Position numbers and translations under genes: made by a program
Notes under the pieces: generated by a model
The model's database searches: none
Told to the model about the DNA's origin: nothing
What the model saw: only the letters and a program-made list of their open reading frames with translations
Assembly: GCA_963637995.1 (NCBI GenBank)
Contig: CAVHPN010000006.1
Coordinates: forward strand, 18,068 to 82,067
Direction: 5' to 3'
Source: Prevotella sp. CAG:279
GTDB taxonomy: Bacteria; Bacillota; Clostridia; Lachnospirales; Lachnospiraceae
DNA length: 64,000 bases
Shown: one piece after another, positions 18,033 through 28,835 of the stretch
Position numbering within the stretch: position 1 is the stretch's first letter
How the letters are laid out: each line of letters starts with the position of its first letter

Positions 18033-21000
18033 GTGGCAGATAAAAGCAGGAAAAGACAAAATACAGAGCGATCCGCAGATGCAGTCGGGGAGAAAAAAGC
18101 CGGTCGGTCCAGAAAGTCCCCTGCTGCAAAGAAAACACAGGAAGTTAAAGAAGAAAGAAAAAAGGTTAATGCTAAATCAGAAAATTTCAAAAAAAATGCG
18201 GTTAAAAATACGAATCGTCTTGATCGTGCACAGGAACAGGATGAAGATAGTGCGTCAGCTGCCTTTATGAGTACTGAGGTAACAATTATTGTAACCTTTG
18301 CAATATCTGTTCTTTTATTTTTGAGCAATTTCGGGCTTTGTGGCTTTGTCGGCAGTTTTCTTCGTTCGATGGTAATAGGCATATTCGGCGTTATGGGATA
18401 TTTAGTGCCGTTTCTTCTGTTTACAGGCATATGCTTTTATCTTTCTAACCGCGGAAATCAGAAAGCTGTAATAAAGATAGCAGCAGTAATTGAAGTTATT
18501 TTGGCACTTTGCGGATTGGCGCAGCTTATCGTTGGCGGAGGACAGCATCTTGACTGGAGTCTTGGAGACTATTATGCTCAAAGCAGCGGCGGAGGTCTCG
18601 TCGGTGGAATTCTGATGATGATTTTGTGCGGAACAATAGGAACAATCGGTGCAGTTCTTGTCCTTCTTGTTTTGCTTGCTCTCGGATGTGTATTGATCAC
18701 CGAAAAATCTCTCGTGAATTTCGTTAAGAGCAGAAGCGGAAGGGCTTATGAGCATGCAAGGGAAGATATGAGCCGCAGGCGCGAGATGTACGAAGAGAAA
18801 AAGGAAGAAAAAAAACGTATGCGCGAAGAACAGCGTGTGCGTGGGGTTAATCTTGATGCCGCACGGATTACGGATATGTCAGTGATGCGAAATTTTGCAG
18901 ATGGAGCCTTGGAGGGTACGGTTCTTGGCCCGCAGGATGCACCTGAAAAATACAAAGAAGAGCGAAGGAAAACAGACGATAGACATAGAACAGATATAAG
19001 AAACGATAATATAAAAGATGTTAATAAAAAAAATACTAATATAGAAGATTTTAATACAAAAAATACTGATATAGTAAATAACAATACCACAAATAACGAT
19101 ATAGATAATAGCAATATACGAAATACTGATATTATAAATGCTGATGTAAAAAATACTCACATAAAAGATGATGAATTGTCGATAAATGAAAATTCGTCAG
19201 AAAATCCGGCCAATGTTTTCCGGGGACAGATATTCCACGGCGGACAGAAAATTGAATCAGAAGAGGAAGAGGCTGAATTTGCAGATGACAATTCTCTAAG
19301 TGATGAGTATACGAAGAAATCAGTTAAAGAAAACAGTCCCAGTGACCAGCTTTTAAAGCGCCTGTATACACGTCGCGATACACGCACCATGGAAGAGTTT
19401 GTAAATAATGAGTCAACGGGTGCTTATTCTGCTGCGGATGGTTTTTCAGCTTCAATGAAAAATGATGAATTCACAAATGATGATTTTTCAGCTGCAGATC
19501 TAGTATCTGAAAATAATGATTTTACAAACGAAGATGTGACATCTGAAAATGATGAGCTTACAATTGATGATGTTGTATCAGGAAATGATAGCCTTACAAT
19601 AGAAGATATCACATCTGGAAATGACGAACCATCAAAAGGTTTTTCCTATACTTCGGAAGAAGAATGGGAGACGATTCCGATGAATGACAGCAATGACCGG
19701 CATGATGTATCTGATGATGCTGTGTCTGAAGATGCTGATGCTGCTCAGGATATATTGCAAACTGACGGATACTACAAGGAATTAGAATCAGAAAAGAATA
19801 AAAGCGGAAACAATGAAACAAGAGGCAGCTTCTTTGTTCCGGAGGATTCAAAGACAGTTGTTACAGCATCTGGGAAAGTGATTGAGACTGACACGGAGGC
19901 TATTCAAAAGAAATTAGAACAAAAGCGTGCAGAACGAAGAAACCTTCCTGTTGATGAACTGACAGTTTCAGAACAGATCGAACGAAAAGAAGAGGCCGAA
20001 AAGACCGAAATGAAGGAATATGTATTTCCGCCTCTAAGCCTGTTAAAACGCGGAACCGGTCAGACTGATTTTTCAGATAAGGAATATAGAGAAACTGCAA
20101 TTAAGCTTCAGCAGACTCTCCAGAATTTCGGTGTCGGAGTTACAGTTACCGATATAAGCTGCGGACCGACAGTAACACGCTATGAGCTTCACCCCGAACA
20201 GGGCGTGAAGGTCAGCAAGATAGTCTCTCTTGCAGATGACATCAAGCTTAATCTAGCTGCAGCAGATATCCGTATTGAAGCACCTATTCCGGGAAAAGCC
20301 GCTGTGGGTATTGAGGTACCGAATAAAGAAAATCACGTAGTGTTACTGCGGGATCTGCTTGAGTCAGATGAATTCAGACAATTTCCGTCACAACTTGCAT
20401 TTGCCGTAGGAAAAGACATTGCAGGACAGACTGTTGTAAGTGATATTGCCAAGATGCCTCATCTGCTCATTGCAGGTGCAACAGGCTCCGGTAAATCCGT
20501 ATGTATAAACACATTGATCATGAGTGTGATTTATAAGGCTAAACCAAGTGATGTAAAGCTTATAATGATCGATCCCAAGGTGGTAGAGCTTAGCGTATAT
20601 AATGGCATACCGCATCTTCTTATTCCTGTTGTAACGGATCCGAAAAAGGCTTCAGGTGCGCTTAACTGGGCAGTGGCAGAGATGACGGACCGTTATCAGA
20701 AATTTGCCAAATATGGTGTAAGAGACATCAAAGGTTTCAACGCCAAAATTGATTCGATTGCGGATATTGATGATCCTAAAAAGCCGGAAAAACTGCCTCA
20801 GATTATTATAATAGTTGACGAGCTTGCTGACCTTATGATGGTAGCCCCCGGTGAAGTCGAGGATTCCATCTGTCGTCTTGCGCAGCTGGCCCGTGCAGCA
20901 GGTATTCATCTTGTAATCGCTACACAGCGTCCGTCCGTCAATGTCATTACAGGTGTGATCAAAGCAAATATTCCGTCGAGAATTGCATTCTCAGTATCAT

Positions 21001-21470
21001 CCGGAGTGGATTCACGTACCATTATCGACATGAACGGAGCTGAAAAACTACTTGGCAAAGGAGATATGTTATTTTATCCTTCGGGTTACCAGAAACCTCA
21101 GCGTGTACAGGGCGCACTTGTGTCTGACAGCGAGGTCTCAAATGTGGTGGAATTTTTAAGTAAGCAGGGAATGGTCGCTGAATACAATACCGAAGTTGAG
21201 TCAAAAATTCGTACAACAGCTATGGATTCAGGCTTTGGCGGCGGTGAACGTGACGCATATTTCACGCAAGCAGGCAAGTTTATTATTGAAAAAGATAAGG
21301 CCTCTATAGGTATGCTGCAGCGAATGTTCAAGATAGGGTTTAATCGTGCGGCGAGAATCATGGATCAGCTTGCTGATGCAGGTGTGGTAGGAGAAGAAGA
21401 GGGTACAAAGCCCAGAAAGATACTTATGAGTATGGAACAGTTTGAAAATATGATTGAAGAGGGATATTAA
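18033..21470 (+). CDS. ftsK: DNA translocase FtsK/SpoIIIE
   Basis: N-terminal TM domain, long acidic linker, GPTVTRYE, AGATGSGKS, MIDPK, IVDELADLM, ATQRPS; gamma domain LQRMFKIGFNRAARI. Confidence 0.95.
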   Translation: MADKSRKRQNTERSADAVGEKKAGRSRKSPAAKKTQEVKEERKKVNAKSENFKKNAVKNTNRLDRAQEQDEDSASAAFMSTEVTIIVTFAISVLLFLSNFGLCGFVGSFLRSMVIGIFGVMGYLVPFLLFTGICFYLSNRGNQKAVIKIAAVIEVILALCGLAQLIVGGGQHLDWSLGDYYAQSSGGGLVGGILMMILCGTIGTIGAVLVLLVLLALGCVLITEKSLVNFVKSRSGRAYEHAREDMSRRREMYEEKKEEKKRMREEQRVRGVNLDAARITDMSVMRNFADGALEGTVLGPQDAPEKYKEERRKTDDRHRTDIRNDNIKDVNKKNTNIEDFNTKNTDIVNNNTTNNDIDNSNIRNTDIINADVKNTHIKDDELSINENSSENPANVFRGQIFHGGQKIESEEEEAEFADDNSLSDEYTKKSVKENSPSDQLLKRLYTRRDTRTMEEFVNNESTGAYSAADGFSASMKNDEFTNDDFSAADLVSENNDFTNEDVTSENDELTIDDVVSGNDSLTIEDITSGNDEPSKGFSYTSEEEWETIPMNDSNDRHDVSDDAVSEDADAAQDILQTDGYYKELESEKNKSGNNETRGSFFVPEDSKTVVTASGKVIETDTEAIQKKLEQKRAERRNLPVDELTVSEQIERKEEAEKTEMKEYVFPPLSLLKRGTGQTDFSDKEYRETAIKLQQTLQNFGVGVTVTDISCGPTVTRYELHPEQGVKVSKIVSLADDIKLNLAAADIRIEAPIPGKAAVGIEVPNKENHVVLLRDLLESDEFRQFPSQLAFAVGKDIAGQTVVSDIAKMPHLLIAGATGSGKSVCINTLIMSVIYKAKPSDVKLIMIDPKVVELSVYNGIPHLLIPVVTDPKKASGALNWAVAEMTDRYQKFAKYGVRDIKGFNAKIDSIADIDDPKKPEKLPQIIIIVDELADLMMVAPGEVEDSICRLAQLARAAGIHLVIATQRPSVNVITGVIKANIPSRIAFSVSSGVDSRTIIDMNGAEKLLGKGDMLFYPSGYQKPQRVQGALVSDSEVSNVVEFLSKQGMVAEYNTEVESKIRTTAMDSGFGGGERDAYFTQAGKFIIEKDKASIGMLQRMFKIGFNRAARIMDQLADAGVVGEEEGTKPRKILMSMEQFENMIEEGY
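18987..19166 (+). repeat. Degenerate 15-bp (5-aa) tandem repeats in the FtsK linker
   Basis: RTDIR NDNIK DVNKK NTNIE DFNTK NTDIV NNNTT NNDID NSNIR NTDII NADVK NTHIK. Confidence 0.65.
19512..19628 (+). repeat. 36-bp (12-aa) tandem repeats in the FtsK linker
   Basis: NNDFTNEDVTSE / NDELTIDDVVSG / NDSLTIEDITSG / NDE. Confidence 0.75.
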
Positions 21471-21484
21471 TCGGGAGGTATTCT

Positions 21485-22948
21485 ATGAAGTTCAAAAACT
21501 GGCTGAAGGAATTACCATATAAATTACTGCAGGGAAGTCTTGATGTTGAAGTTCATGATGTAGTATATGATTCGAGAAAGGCAGGTCCGGGCTGTGTATT
21601 TGTCTGCATGCGGGGTGCAAATGTGGACTCGCATAAATTCATTCCGGATGTTGTTTCAAAGGGTGTCTCTGCCATTGTTGCAGAGCATCCGGTAGAAGCA
21701 CCGGAAAGTGTTGCCGTGATTGAGGTCGAAAATGGGCGAAATGCACTGTCACTTCTTTCTGCAGCCCGCTTTGATTATCCACTGCGTAAGATGATTTCAA
21801 TAGGCGTGACAGGAACAAAAGGCAAAACAACGAGCACTTATATGATTAAGTCCATTCTAGAAGCCTCAGGGCAGAAAACAGGCCTTATAGGAACAAATGG
21901 TGCGATAATAGGAGACAACCATTATCCTACAAAAAACACAACACCGGAATCATATATTTTGCAGGAATACTTTGCAAAAATGGTTGAGGAAGGCTGCAGA
22001 TATGTCGTGATGGAAGTTTCTTCGCAAAGTTACCTTATGCATCGTGTAGATGGAATTTTCTTTGATTACGGAATATTCCTGAATATATCCAATGATCATA
22101 TCGGTCCGAACGAACATGCCGACTTTGACGAATATCTTTACTATAAAAAACAATTACTTAAAAATTGTAAAACCGCATTGGTAAATCGTGATGATCCTCA
22201 TTTTGATGCTATTATCGAAGATGCCAAGGCTGATATTCTGACATTTTCATTAGAGCAAAAAGCGGACTTTACGGCTGATGACATCCACTATGTGCGTGAA
22301 CATGACTTTGTGGGTGTTGAATTTAATACACACGGATTGTACGAAAGTGATCTGAAAATTGGAATCCCCGGTAAATTTAACGTGGACAATGCACTGGCAG
22401 CTGTGGGAGTATGCAGCTTTTTTAATCTGCCGAAAGAGAAAGTGTGCCATGCCCTTGAGCATATACATGTTGATGGCCGGATGGAGATCGTATATAAATC
22501 TGCAAAGTGTACCGTCATAGTAGATTATGCACACAATGCAGTCAGCATGGAAAGCCTGCTTACGACTTTGCGCGATTATAAACCCAAACGTCTCGTGTGC
22601 GTATTCGGATGCGGAGGCAACAGAGCGCGTGACCGCAGGTATTCCATGGGAGAGATCGGAGGAAAGCTGGCGGATCTTTCGATTATCACTGCTGATAACT
22701 CAAGATATGAAAAAGTTGAGGATATTCTGGCAGATATTAAGGTGGGGCTTGCCAAAACCGACGGTAAATATGTGGAAATACCTGATCGACGAGAGGCAAT
22801 TGAATATAGTATGTCCAATGCCTTAGATGGTGATATTATAGCTATAATCGGAAAAGGTCACGAGGACTATCAGGAAATCGAGGGAGTACGTTATCATTTC
22901 CTTGATCGCGAAGTGGTAGAGGAGACTGCAAAGAAGCTGCACATGTGA
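21485..22948 (+). CDS. murE: UDP-MurNAc-tripeptide synthetase
   Basis: GVTGTKGKTT, TTPES, MEVSS, VDYAH, FGCGG, DNSR and GKGHE motifs. Confidence 0.93.
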   Translation: MKFKNWLKELPYKLLQGSLDVEVHDVVYDSRKAGPGCVFVCMRGANVDSHKFIPDVVSKGVSAIVAEHPVEAPESVAVIEVENGRNALSLLSAARFDYPLRKMISIGVTGTKGKTTSTYMIKSILEASGQKTGLIGTNGAIIGDNHYPTKNTTPESYILQEYFAKMVEEGCRYVVMEVSSQSYLMHRVDGIFFDYGIFLNISNDHIGPNEHADFDEYLYYKKQLLKNCKTALVNRDDPHFDAIIEDAKADILTFSLEQKADFTADDIHYVREHDFVGVEFNTHGLYESDLKIGIPGKFNVDNALAAVGVCSFFNLPKEKVCHALEHIHVDGRMEIVYKSAKCTVIVDYAHNAVSMESLLTTLRDYKPKRLVCVFGCGGNRARDRRYSMGEIGGKLADLSIITADNSRYEKVEDILADIKVGLAKTDGKYVEIPDRREAIEYSMSNALDGDIIAIIGKGHEDYQEIEGVRYHFLDREVVEETAKKLHM

Positions 22949-22978
22949 TTTATAGAAATATAACTTGGAGGCTTAACA

Positions 22979-24352
22979 ATGGAGCATATTACAGTAGAAA
23001 ATATTCTTGAAGCAGTATCGGGTAAATTAATTAACGGTGATATAAATACGAAACTTAAACATATAAGCATTGACTCGCGAAACATGCGTGGAGATGATTT
23101 GTTTGTGCCGCTTATCGGTGAAAAATCAGATGCACATCATTTCCTGAATCAGGCAATGGATAATGGTGCGGCTGCTGCTTTGACATCAGAGCATGATGTC
23201 GCTCCAATAGGCTTTCATGGTGCACTGATACACGTTGAAGATACTAAAATTGCATTGCAGGATATAGGCAGATACCTGCGGACGCGACTGTCCATACCGA
23301 TAGTAGGTATTACAGGCAGTGTGGGGAAAACCACAACCCGTGAGATGATTGCAGCTGCGCTTTCAGCGAAATATAAGACCTTTAAGACACCTGCTAATCA
23401 CAACAGCCAGATAGGAGTACCACTCACGATTTCAGAAATTTCATCTGATGAGGAGATAGCTGTCCTGGAACTGGGCATGAGTGAGCCGGGAGAGATGACG
23501 ATTATTGCCCAAATTGCAGCTGTTGACTGTGCGGTTATGACCAATATAGGTGTTACGCATATTGAAAATCTTGGTTCGAGAGAAAATATTCTTTCTGAAA
23601 AGCTGCATATACAGGATGGAATGAGAGAAGGCGGTACTTTATTTGTCAACGGTGACAATGACATGCTTTCTTCGGTAAAGGCAAAATCAGGTTGTCATAC
23701 AGTCAAATACGGATTTGGTCCTGATAATGATTACTATGCGTCAGATCTTACATATACCGATGGCTTTCCGACATTTACAATGATACACAAGGACACATCC
23801 ATCCGGGTAAAATTAAAAGTTATGGGTGAACATAACGTCATGAATGCGCTGGCTGCCTTGGCTGTAGCTGATGCATATGATGTACCGCTTATGGATGCTG
23901 CAAGGAAGCTTAATGAATTTACCGGCTTCAAAAATCGACAGCAGATTTATCAAAAAAATGGTTATACCGTTATAGACGATACCTATAATGCAAGCCCTGA
24001 TTCCATGAAAGCAGCTATAAGCGTGCTTTCTTCGTTACCGGCCGGCAGACGAATCGCCGTACTTGCTGATATGAAGGAACTGGGTGATGACACAGTGAAA
24101 TTTCACCGCGAAGTCGGAGCGTTTCTTGCATCAAAACCGGTGGATATACTCATCGCTTATGGAGATTTGGCTCATGAAATCGCCATGGGTGCCAGAGAAA
24201 TAAAACCTGATTTTCATGTTGTTTCTTTTGATGAAGACGAGAGAGAAGATATGATTGACTGGCTGAATGCGCAGGCAGGTATAGGAGATGCCCTGCTTTT
24301 TAAGGGCTCAAACAGCATGAAACTTGGTGAGATAGCTGCAAAGTTCATATAA
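22979..24352 (+). CDS. murF: UDP-MurNAc-tripeptide-D-Ala-D-Ala ligase
   Basis: GITGSVGKTT, ELGMS, DDTYNASP, DMKELG and FKGS motifs. Confidence 0.94.
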   Translation: MEHITVENILEAVSGKLINGDINTKLKHISIDSRNMRGDDLFVPLIGEKSDAHHFLNQAMDNGAAAALTSEHDVAPIGFHGALIHVEDTKIALQDIGRYLRTRLSIPIVGITGSVGKTTTREMIAAALSAKYKTFKTPANHNSQIGVPLTISEISSDEEIAVLELGMSEPGEMTIIAQIAAVDCAVMTNIGVTHIENLGSRENILSEKLHIQDGMREGGTLFVNGDNDMLSSVKAKSGCHTVKYGFGPDNDYYASDLTYTDGFPTFTMIHKDTSIRVKLKVMGEHNVMNALAALAVADAYDVPLMDAARKLNEFTGFKNRQQIYQKNGYTVIDDTYNASPDSMKAAISVLSSLPAGRRIAVLADMKELGDDTVKFHREVGAFLASKPVDILIAYGDLAHEIAMGAREIKPDFHVVSFDEDEREDMIDWLNAQAGIGDALLFKGSNSMKLGEIAAKFI

Positions 24353-24392
24353 TGTTGCCGGCAGCTAAAAGTCGAAAATGAGAGATTAAACG

Positions 24393-26609
24393 ATGGCCTA
24401 TCAATACGCTGATATAATTATAGACATATCCCATGAAAAGGTAGACCGGCCATTTCAGTATCGGATTCCGGAATCTTTGGCTGAGCGGATTTTGGTGGGA
24501 ACATGCGTGACAGTACCCTTTGGAAGAGGAAATTCTCTTCGAACAGGTTACGTTGTAGAATTGAAAAACAACGCTGAGTATGATCCTTCTTTAATTAAAG
24601 AGATAACAGCAATTGCGTCTGATAACATGCCGGTACAGTCTCAGCTTATTAAATTAGCATGGTGGATGCGCGAAAAATATGGTGCGACCATGAACCAGAC
24701 GTTAAAAACCGTACTTCCCGTTAAGGAAAAGATAAAACCGCGCGAAAAGAAAATATTACATTGTCTTCTAAACGACAGTGAGCTGGAAAATGCGATCGTT
24801 GATGCCATGAAAAAGAATTATAAGGCTCGCGTACGTATCTTAGAATCATTCAGGCAAAATCGCGATATACCGGCAGAACTTGCGAGAAGAGAGCTTTCAC
24901 TGACTCAGTCTACAATTTCTTCTATGGAAAAGAAAGGCCAGCTTTCGGTGGAGGTTATATGCGAAGAAAGAGGACTTAACCGTTCTAAGATGCCGCTTCC
25001 TACAGGAAGGACAGTGTCATTAAACAAAGAACAGCAGGCCGCGGTTGATAGATTTTGTTTTGACTATGAAGCCGGCAGGCGTGAGACATACCTGATTCAT
25101 GGTATTACCGGTAGCGGCAAAACCGAAGTATACATGGAGATGATTTCACGTGTACTTCGTGACGGAAAGCAGGTTATATTGCTTATTCCGGAAATTTCCC
25201 TGACATACCAGACTGTGATGCGATTTTATAAGCGGTTTGGAGATCAGATCGCTATCTTAAATTCGAAACTTTCTGCCGGTGAACGTTATGATCAGTGGGA
25301 ACGTGCCGCGCATGGAAAGGTTTCTGTTATGATCGGACCGCGTTCTGCACTGTTTACACCTTTTTCAAACATTGGTCTCATCTTGATAGACGAAGAGCAT
25401 GAGGGGGCTTATAAGAGTGAGACCATGCCTCGTTATCATGCCAGAGAAGTGGCTGCGATACGTGCAGAGATGTCCGGTGCTTCACTGGTTCTTGGCTCTG
25501 CAACGCCTTCACTTGAGTCCTACCTTAAGGCCGAAAACGGAGATTATGTGCTCCTGCCTCTAAAGAAAAGAGCGGTAGAGGGAAGTGCTCTTGCTAAAGT
25601 GCAGATTGTTGATATGCGTGCAGAGATGCAGGAGGGCAACAAATCAATATTTAGCCGTTCTCTTGACAAAATGATTGAAGAAAGACTGAAAAATGGAGAA
25701 CAGACGATGCTCTTTATCAATCGTCGCGGCTATTCAAACTTTGTATCCTGTCGTTCATGCGGAAAATCAATCACATGTCCGCATTGTGACGTTTCGCTGA
25801 CATTACATGGAAAAAATCGCTTATTCTGTCATTATTGCGGATATTCAATACCGCTTATGAAGAAATGCCCGTCCTGCGGTTCGCCCTACATTGCCGGTTT
25901 CGGAGCAGGAACCCAAAAAATCGAAGAATATACAAAAATGCGTTTCCCTAACGCACGTATTCTGCGGATGGATGCTGATACCACGGCAAAAAAAGGCGGA
26001 CATGAGGCTATACTGGAAGTTTTTGCAAACCATGAGGCAGATATTCTCATCGGTACACAGATGATAGTCAAGGGTCATGATTTTCCGGGAGTTACTCTGG
26101 TAGGTGTTCTGGCTGCTGACTTATCATTAAACACACCTGATTACCGCAGCAGCGAAAAAACTTTTCAGCTGCTTACCCAGGCTGCCGGAAGAGCAGGACG
26201 TGCAGATAGCCCCGGAGATGTCATAATTCAGACATATCAGCCTGATCACTATGCGGTACAGTCTGCAGCTTCACAGGATTATGCGATGTTTTACCGCCAC
26301 GAGATCAATTATCGCAGGCTTCTAAAATATCCTCCAATATGTCAAATGGCTGCGATACTTTTTTCGTGTAAAGACGAGGAATTATTGAATGAATTTACAG
26401 TGATGACAGAGCATAAATTACAAAATTATGCCGAGCGTATAGGCCCTGTACAGGCGCCTGTATATAAAGTTAATGACATCTACAGAAAAATTTTATATAT
26501 AAAGTGCGAAAAATGTGATATACTTGATCAAATCAGGAATCAAATAGACATACTTACTGCCCAAAACAAAAGATTTCAGGCGGTTCAAATTCAATATGAT
26601 ATATCATAA
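24393..26609 (+). CDS. priA: Primosomal protein N'
   Basis: GITGSGKT, DEEHE, GSATPS, NRRGY with a Cys-rich Zn region, GTQMIVKGHDF and QAAGRAGR motifs. Confidence 0.95.
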   Translation: MAYQYADIIIDISHEKVDRPFQYRIPESLAERILVGTCVTVPFGRGNSLRTGYVVELKNNAEYDPSLIKEITAIASDNMPVQSQLIKLAWWMREKYGATMNQTLKTVLPVKEKIKPREKKILHCLLNDSELENAIVDAMKKNYKARVRILESFRQNRDIPAELARRELSLTQSTISSMEKKGQLSVEVICEERGLNRSKMPLPTGRTVSLNKEQQAAVDRFCFDYEAGRRETYLIHGITGSGKTEVYMEMISRVLRDGKQVILLIPEISLTYQTVMRFYKRFGDQIAILNSKLSAGERYDQWERAAHGKVSVMIGPRSALFTPFSNIGLILIDEEHEGAYKSETMPRYHAREVAAIRAEMSGASLVLGSATPSLESYLKAENGDYVLLPLKKRAVEGSALAKVQIVDMRAEMQEGNKSIFSRSLDKMIEERLKNGEQTMLFINRRGYSNFVSCRSCGKSITCPHCDVSLTLHGKNRLFCHYCGYSIPLMKKCPSCGSPYIAGFGAGTQKIEEYTKMRFPNARILRMDADTTAKKGGHEAILEVFANHEADILIGTQMIVKGHDFPGVTLVGVLAADLSLNTPDYRSSEKTFQLLTQAAGRAGRADSPGDVIIQTYQPDHYAVQSAASQDYAMFYRHEINYRRLLKYPPICQMAAILFSCKDEELLNEFTVMTEHKLQNYAERIGPVQAPVYKVNDIYRKILYIKCEKCDILDQIRNQIDILTAQNKRFQAVQIQYDIS

Positions 26610-26633
26610 GTTAAGAGAGGAAGAGAATATAAA

Positions 26634-27104
26634 ATGGCAATCCGGTCAATCAGAACAATTGGAGATGAAATACTGAAAAAAGAGTGCAAAGCTGTTACCG
26701 AGGTAACCGATCACACACTTGAGCTTATAGAGGATATGTTTGATACCATGTATTCGGCAGGTGGCGTAGGTCTTGCGGCACCACAGGTTGGTATCCGCAA
26801 GCAGATCGTAGTCATCGATATAGAGGATGGCAATCAGTATGTTCTCATTAATCCGGTGATTGAGGAAGTATCAGGCACTCAGACAGGCCAGGAGGGATGC
26901 TTAAGCGTACCGGGTAAGGCAGGCGTGGTAACGCGTCCAAGCCATGTGAAGGTGCGTGCTTTTGACGAAAATATGGAAGAATTTGTCCTTGAAGCAGATG
27001 AATTTCTGGCTCGTGCGATCTGCCATGAGTGCGATCACCTTCATGGACATCTTTATGTAGAGAAGGTAGAGGGTCCGCTTGAGGATGTTTCTACAGAAGA
27101 ATAG
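26634..27104 (+). CDS. def: Peptide deformylase
   Basis: GVGLAAPQ, EGCLS and HECDH motifs. Confidence 0.96.
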   Translation: MAIRSIRTIGDEILKKECKAVTEVTDHTLELIEDMFDTMYSAGGVGLAAPQVGIRKQIVVIDIEDGNQYVLINPVIEEVSGTQTGQEGCLSVPGKAGVVTRPSHVKVRAFDENMEEFVLEADEFLARAICHECDHLHGHLYVEKVEGPLEDVSTEE

Positions 27105-27149
27105 TTATAAAGACAAAGCCGTAAGCATAGCTTGTTATGAGGAACTTTT

Positions 27150-28094
27150 ATGAAAATTGTATTTATGGGAACGCCGGATTTTGCTGTTCCTGCATTGGAG
27201 ACGCTGTATCATAGCCGGCATGAGATAGCAGCAGTTGTTACACAGCCGGATAAACCCAAGGGTCGCGGCAAGATGATGTCCATGCCACCGGTTAAAGAAA
27301 AGGCTCTGGAATATGGTATTCCTGTCTATCAACCGATTCGGGTCAGAAATGACGAAGATTTCTTCGCGGATTTGGAGAAAATCAATCCGGATGTGATAGT
27401 TGTCATTGCATTTGGTCAGATTTTGCCGGAAAAAATCCTGAATCTGCCAAAATTCGGCTGCATCAATATCCATGCATCACTGCTTCCTAAATATCGTGGT
27501 GCAGCTCCGATACAGTGGGCTGTAATTAACGGCGATGAGGTAAGCGGTGTAACCACCATGCAGATGGATATCGGTCTGGATACAGGTGATATTCTTGAAA
27601 CTGCCACGGTTAAGCTTGATGCAAAGGAGACCGGAGGCAGCCTTTTTGAACGCCTAAGTCATGAGGGTGGAAGATTGATTCTTTCTACACTTGATAAAGC
27701 GGAGGCAGGCACGCTTCATCCGATAAAGCAGGATGAAGCAAAAGCAACACATGTGACTATGCTTGATAAATCTATGGGTCTTATCGACTGGTCCATGGAC
27801 GGTGCAGCTATTGAAAGGCTCATCCGTGGTTTAAATCCATGGCCCAGCGCATATACAAAATATGAAGGCAAAACCTTAAAAATCTGGTCAGCCGATGTTG
27901 CCTGGGATACATCTAATCAGCTGACAGCTAAGTCTTGTGGTCAGGTGATAAAAGTTGATAAGGATTCATTCTCAGTAAGAACAGGCAAAGGTATTCTTGT
28001 CATTCATGAATTGCAGCTTGAAGGGAAAAAGAGAATGGATACAGCATCATTCTTACGCGGCTGCCATCTGGAAATCGGTACGATCCTTGGATGA
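27150..28094 (+). CDS. fmt: Methionyl-tRNA formyltransferase
   Basis: FMGTPDFA and NIHASLLPKYRGAAP motifs. Confidence 0.96.
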   Translation: MKIVFMGTPDFAVPALETLYHSRHEIAAVVTQPDKPKGRGKMMSMPPVKEKALEYGIPVYQPIRVRNDEDFFADLEKINPDVIVVIAFGQILPEKILNLPKFGCINIHASLLPKYRGAAPIQWAVINGDEVSGVTTMQMDIGLDTGDILETATVKLDAKETGGSLFERLSHEGGRLILSTLDKAEAGTLHPIKQDEAKATHVTMLDKSMGLIDWSMDGAAIERLIRGLNPWPSAYTKYEGKTLKIWSADVAWDTSNQLTAKSCGQVIKVDKDSFSVRTGKGILVIHELQLEGKKRMDTASFLRGCHLEIGTILG

Positions 28095-28118
28095 TGATTC
28101 GAAAGGAGATGGAGTGAT

Positions 28119-28835
28119 ATGTACGGATATGGCTATGGATATTATAGTATGTTTGATCCTACTATGATTCTTGTACTTATTGGTGTTTTGCTGTCATTAT
28201 GTGCATCTGCTAAGGTAAAGAGCACATATTCACGTTTTTCAAGAGTTCGAAGCATGACCGGTATGACCGGAGCTGAGGCTGCCAGACAGCTCTTGAATTC
28301 TCAGGGGATTTATGATGTACAGATTCGACAGGTGGCAGGAAGTCTGACAGACCATTATGATCCGCGAACCAAGACCGTTAATCTGTCAGAAAGCGTCTAT
28401 GGTTCAACTTCGGTAGCTGCCATAGGGGTAGCTGCCCACGAATGCGGACATGCCATGCAGGATGCGTCAGAGTATGTTCCACTTCGCCTGCGTGGTTCTC
28501 TGGTGCCTGTTGTAAATATCGGTGCCCAGCTGTCATGGCCGATGATAGTAATAGGAGTTCTGGTAGGCGGCATGGGTTCTCCGATGATATCACTTGGAAT
28601 TTTTTTATTCTCATTATCAGTATTGTTTCAGCTGGTAACACTGCCTGTAGAGTTCAACGCATCTGCCCGTGCAGTACGTCTGCTTGATTCTACCGGAATA
28701 CTTCACGGAGAGGAAGTCAGATATACAAGAAAGGTACTCGGTGCAGCCGCACTGACATATGTTGCAGCCGCAGCCGGTTCGATTTTGCAGCTCCTTCGTC
28801 TCATTATTTTATTTGGAGGACGGCGCCATGACTGA
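28119..28835 (+). CDS. Membrane zinc metallopeptidase (YugP family)
   Basis: LTDHYDP, AAHECGH, TLPVEFNAS and AAALTYVA motifs. Confidence 0.88.
   Translation: MYGYGYGYYSMFDPTMILVLIGVLLSLCASAKVKSTYSRFSRVRSMTGMTGAEAARQLLNSQGIYDVQIRQVAGSLTDHYDPRTKTVNLSESVYGSTSVAAIGVAAHECGHAMQDASEYVPLRLRGSLVPVVNIGAQLSWPMIVIGVLVGGMGSPMISLGIFLFSLSVLFQLVTLPVEFNASARAVRLLDSTGILHGEEVRYTRKVLGAAALTYVAAAAGSILQLLRLIILFGGRRHD

Noticed and set aside
22690..22710. MurE DNSR instead of DNPR as a sign of an altered stem peptide
   Set aside because: The specificity-determining Arg is retained, consistent with ordinary meso-DAP ligation
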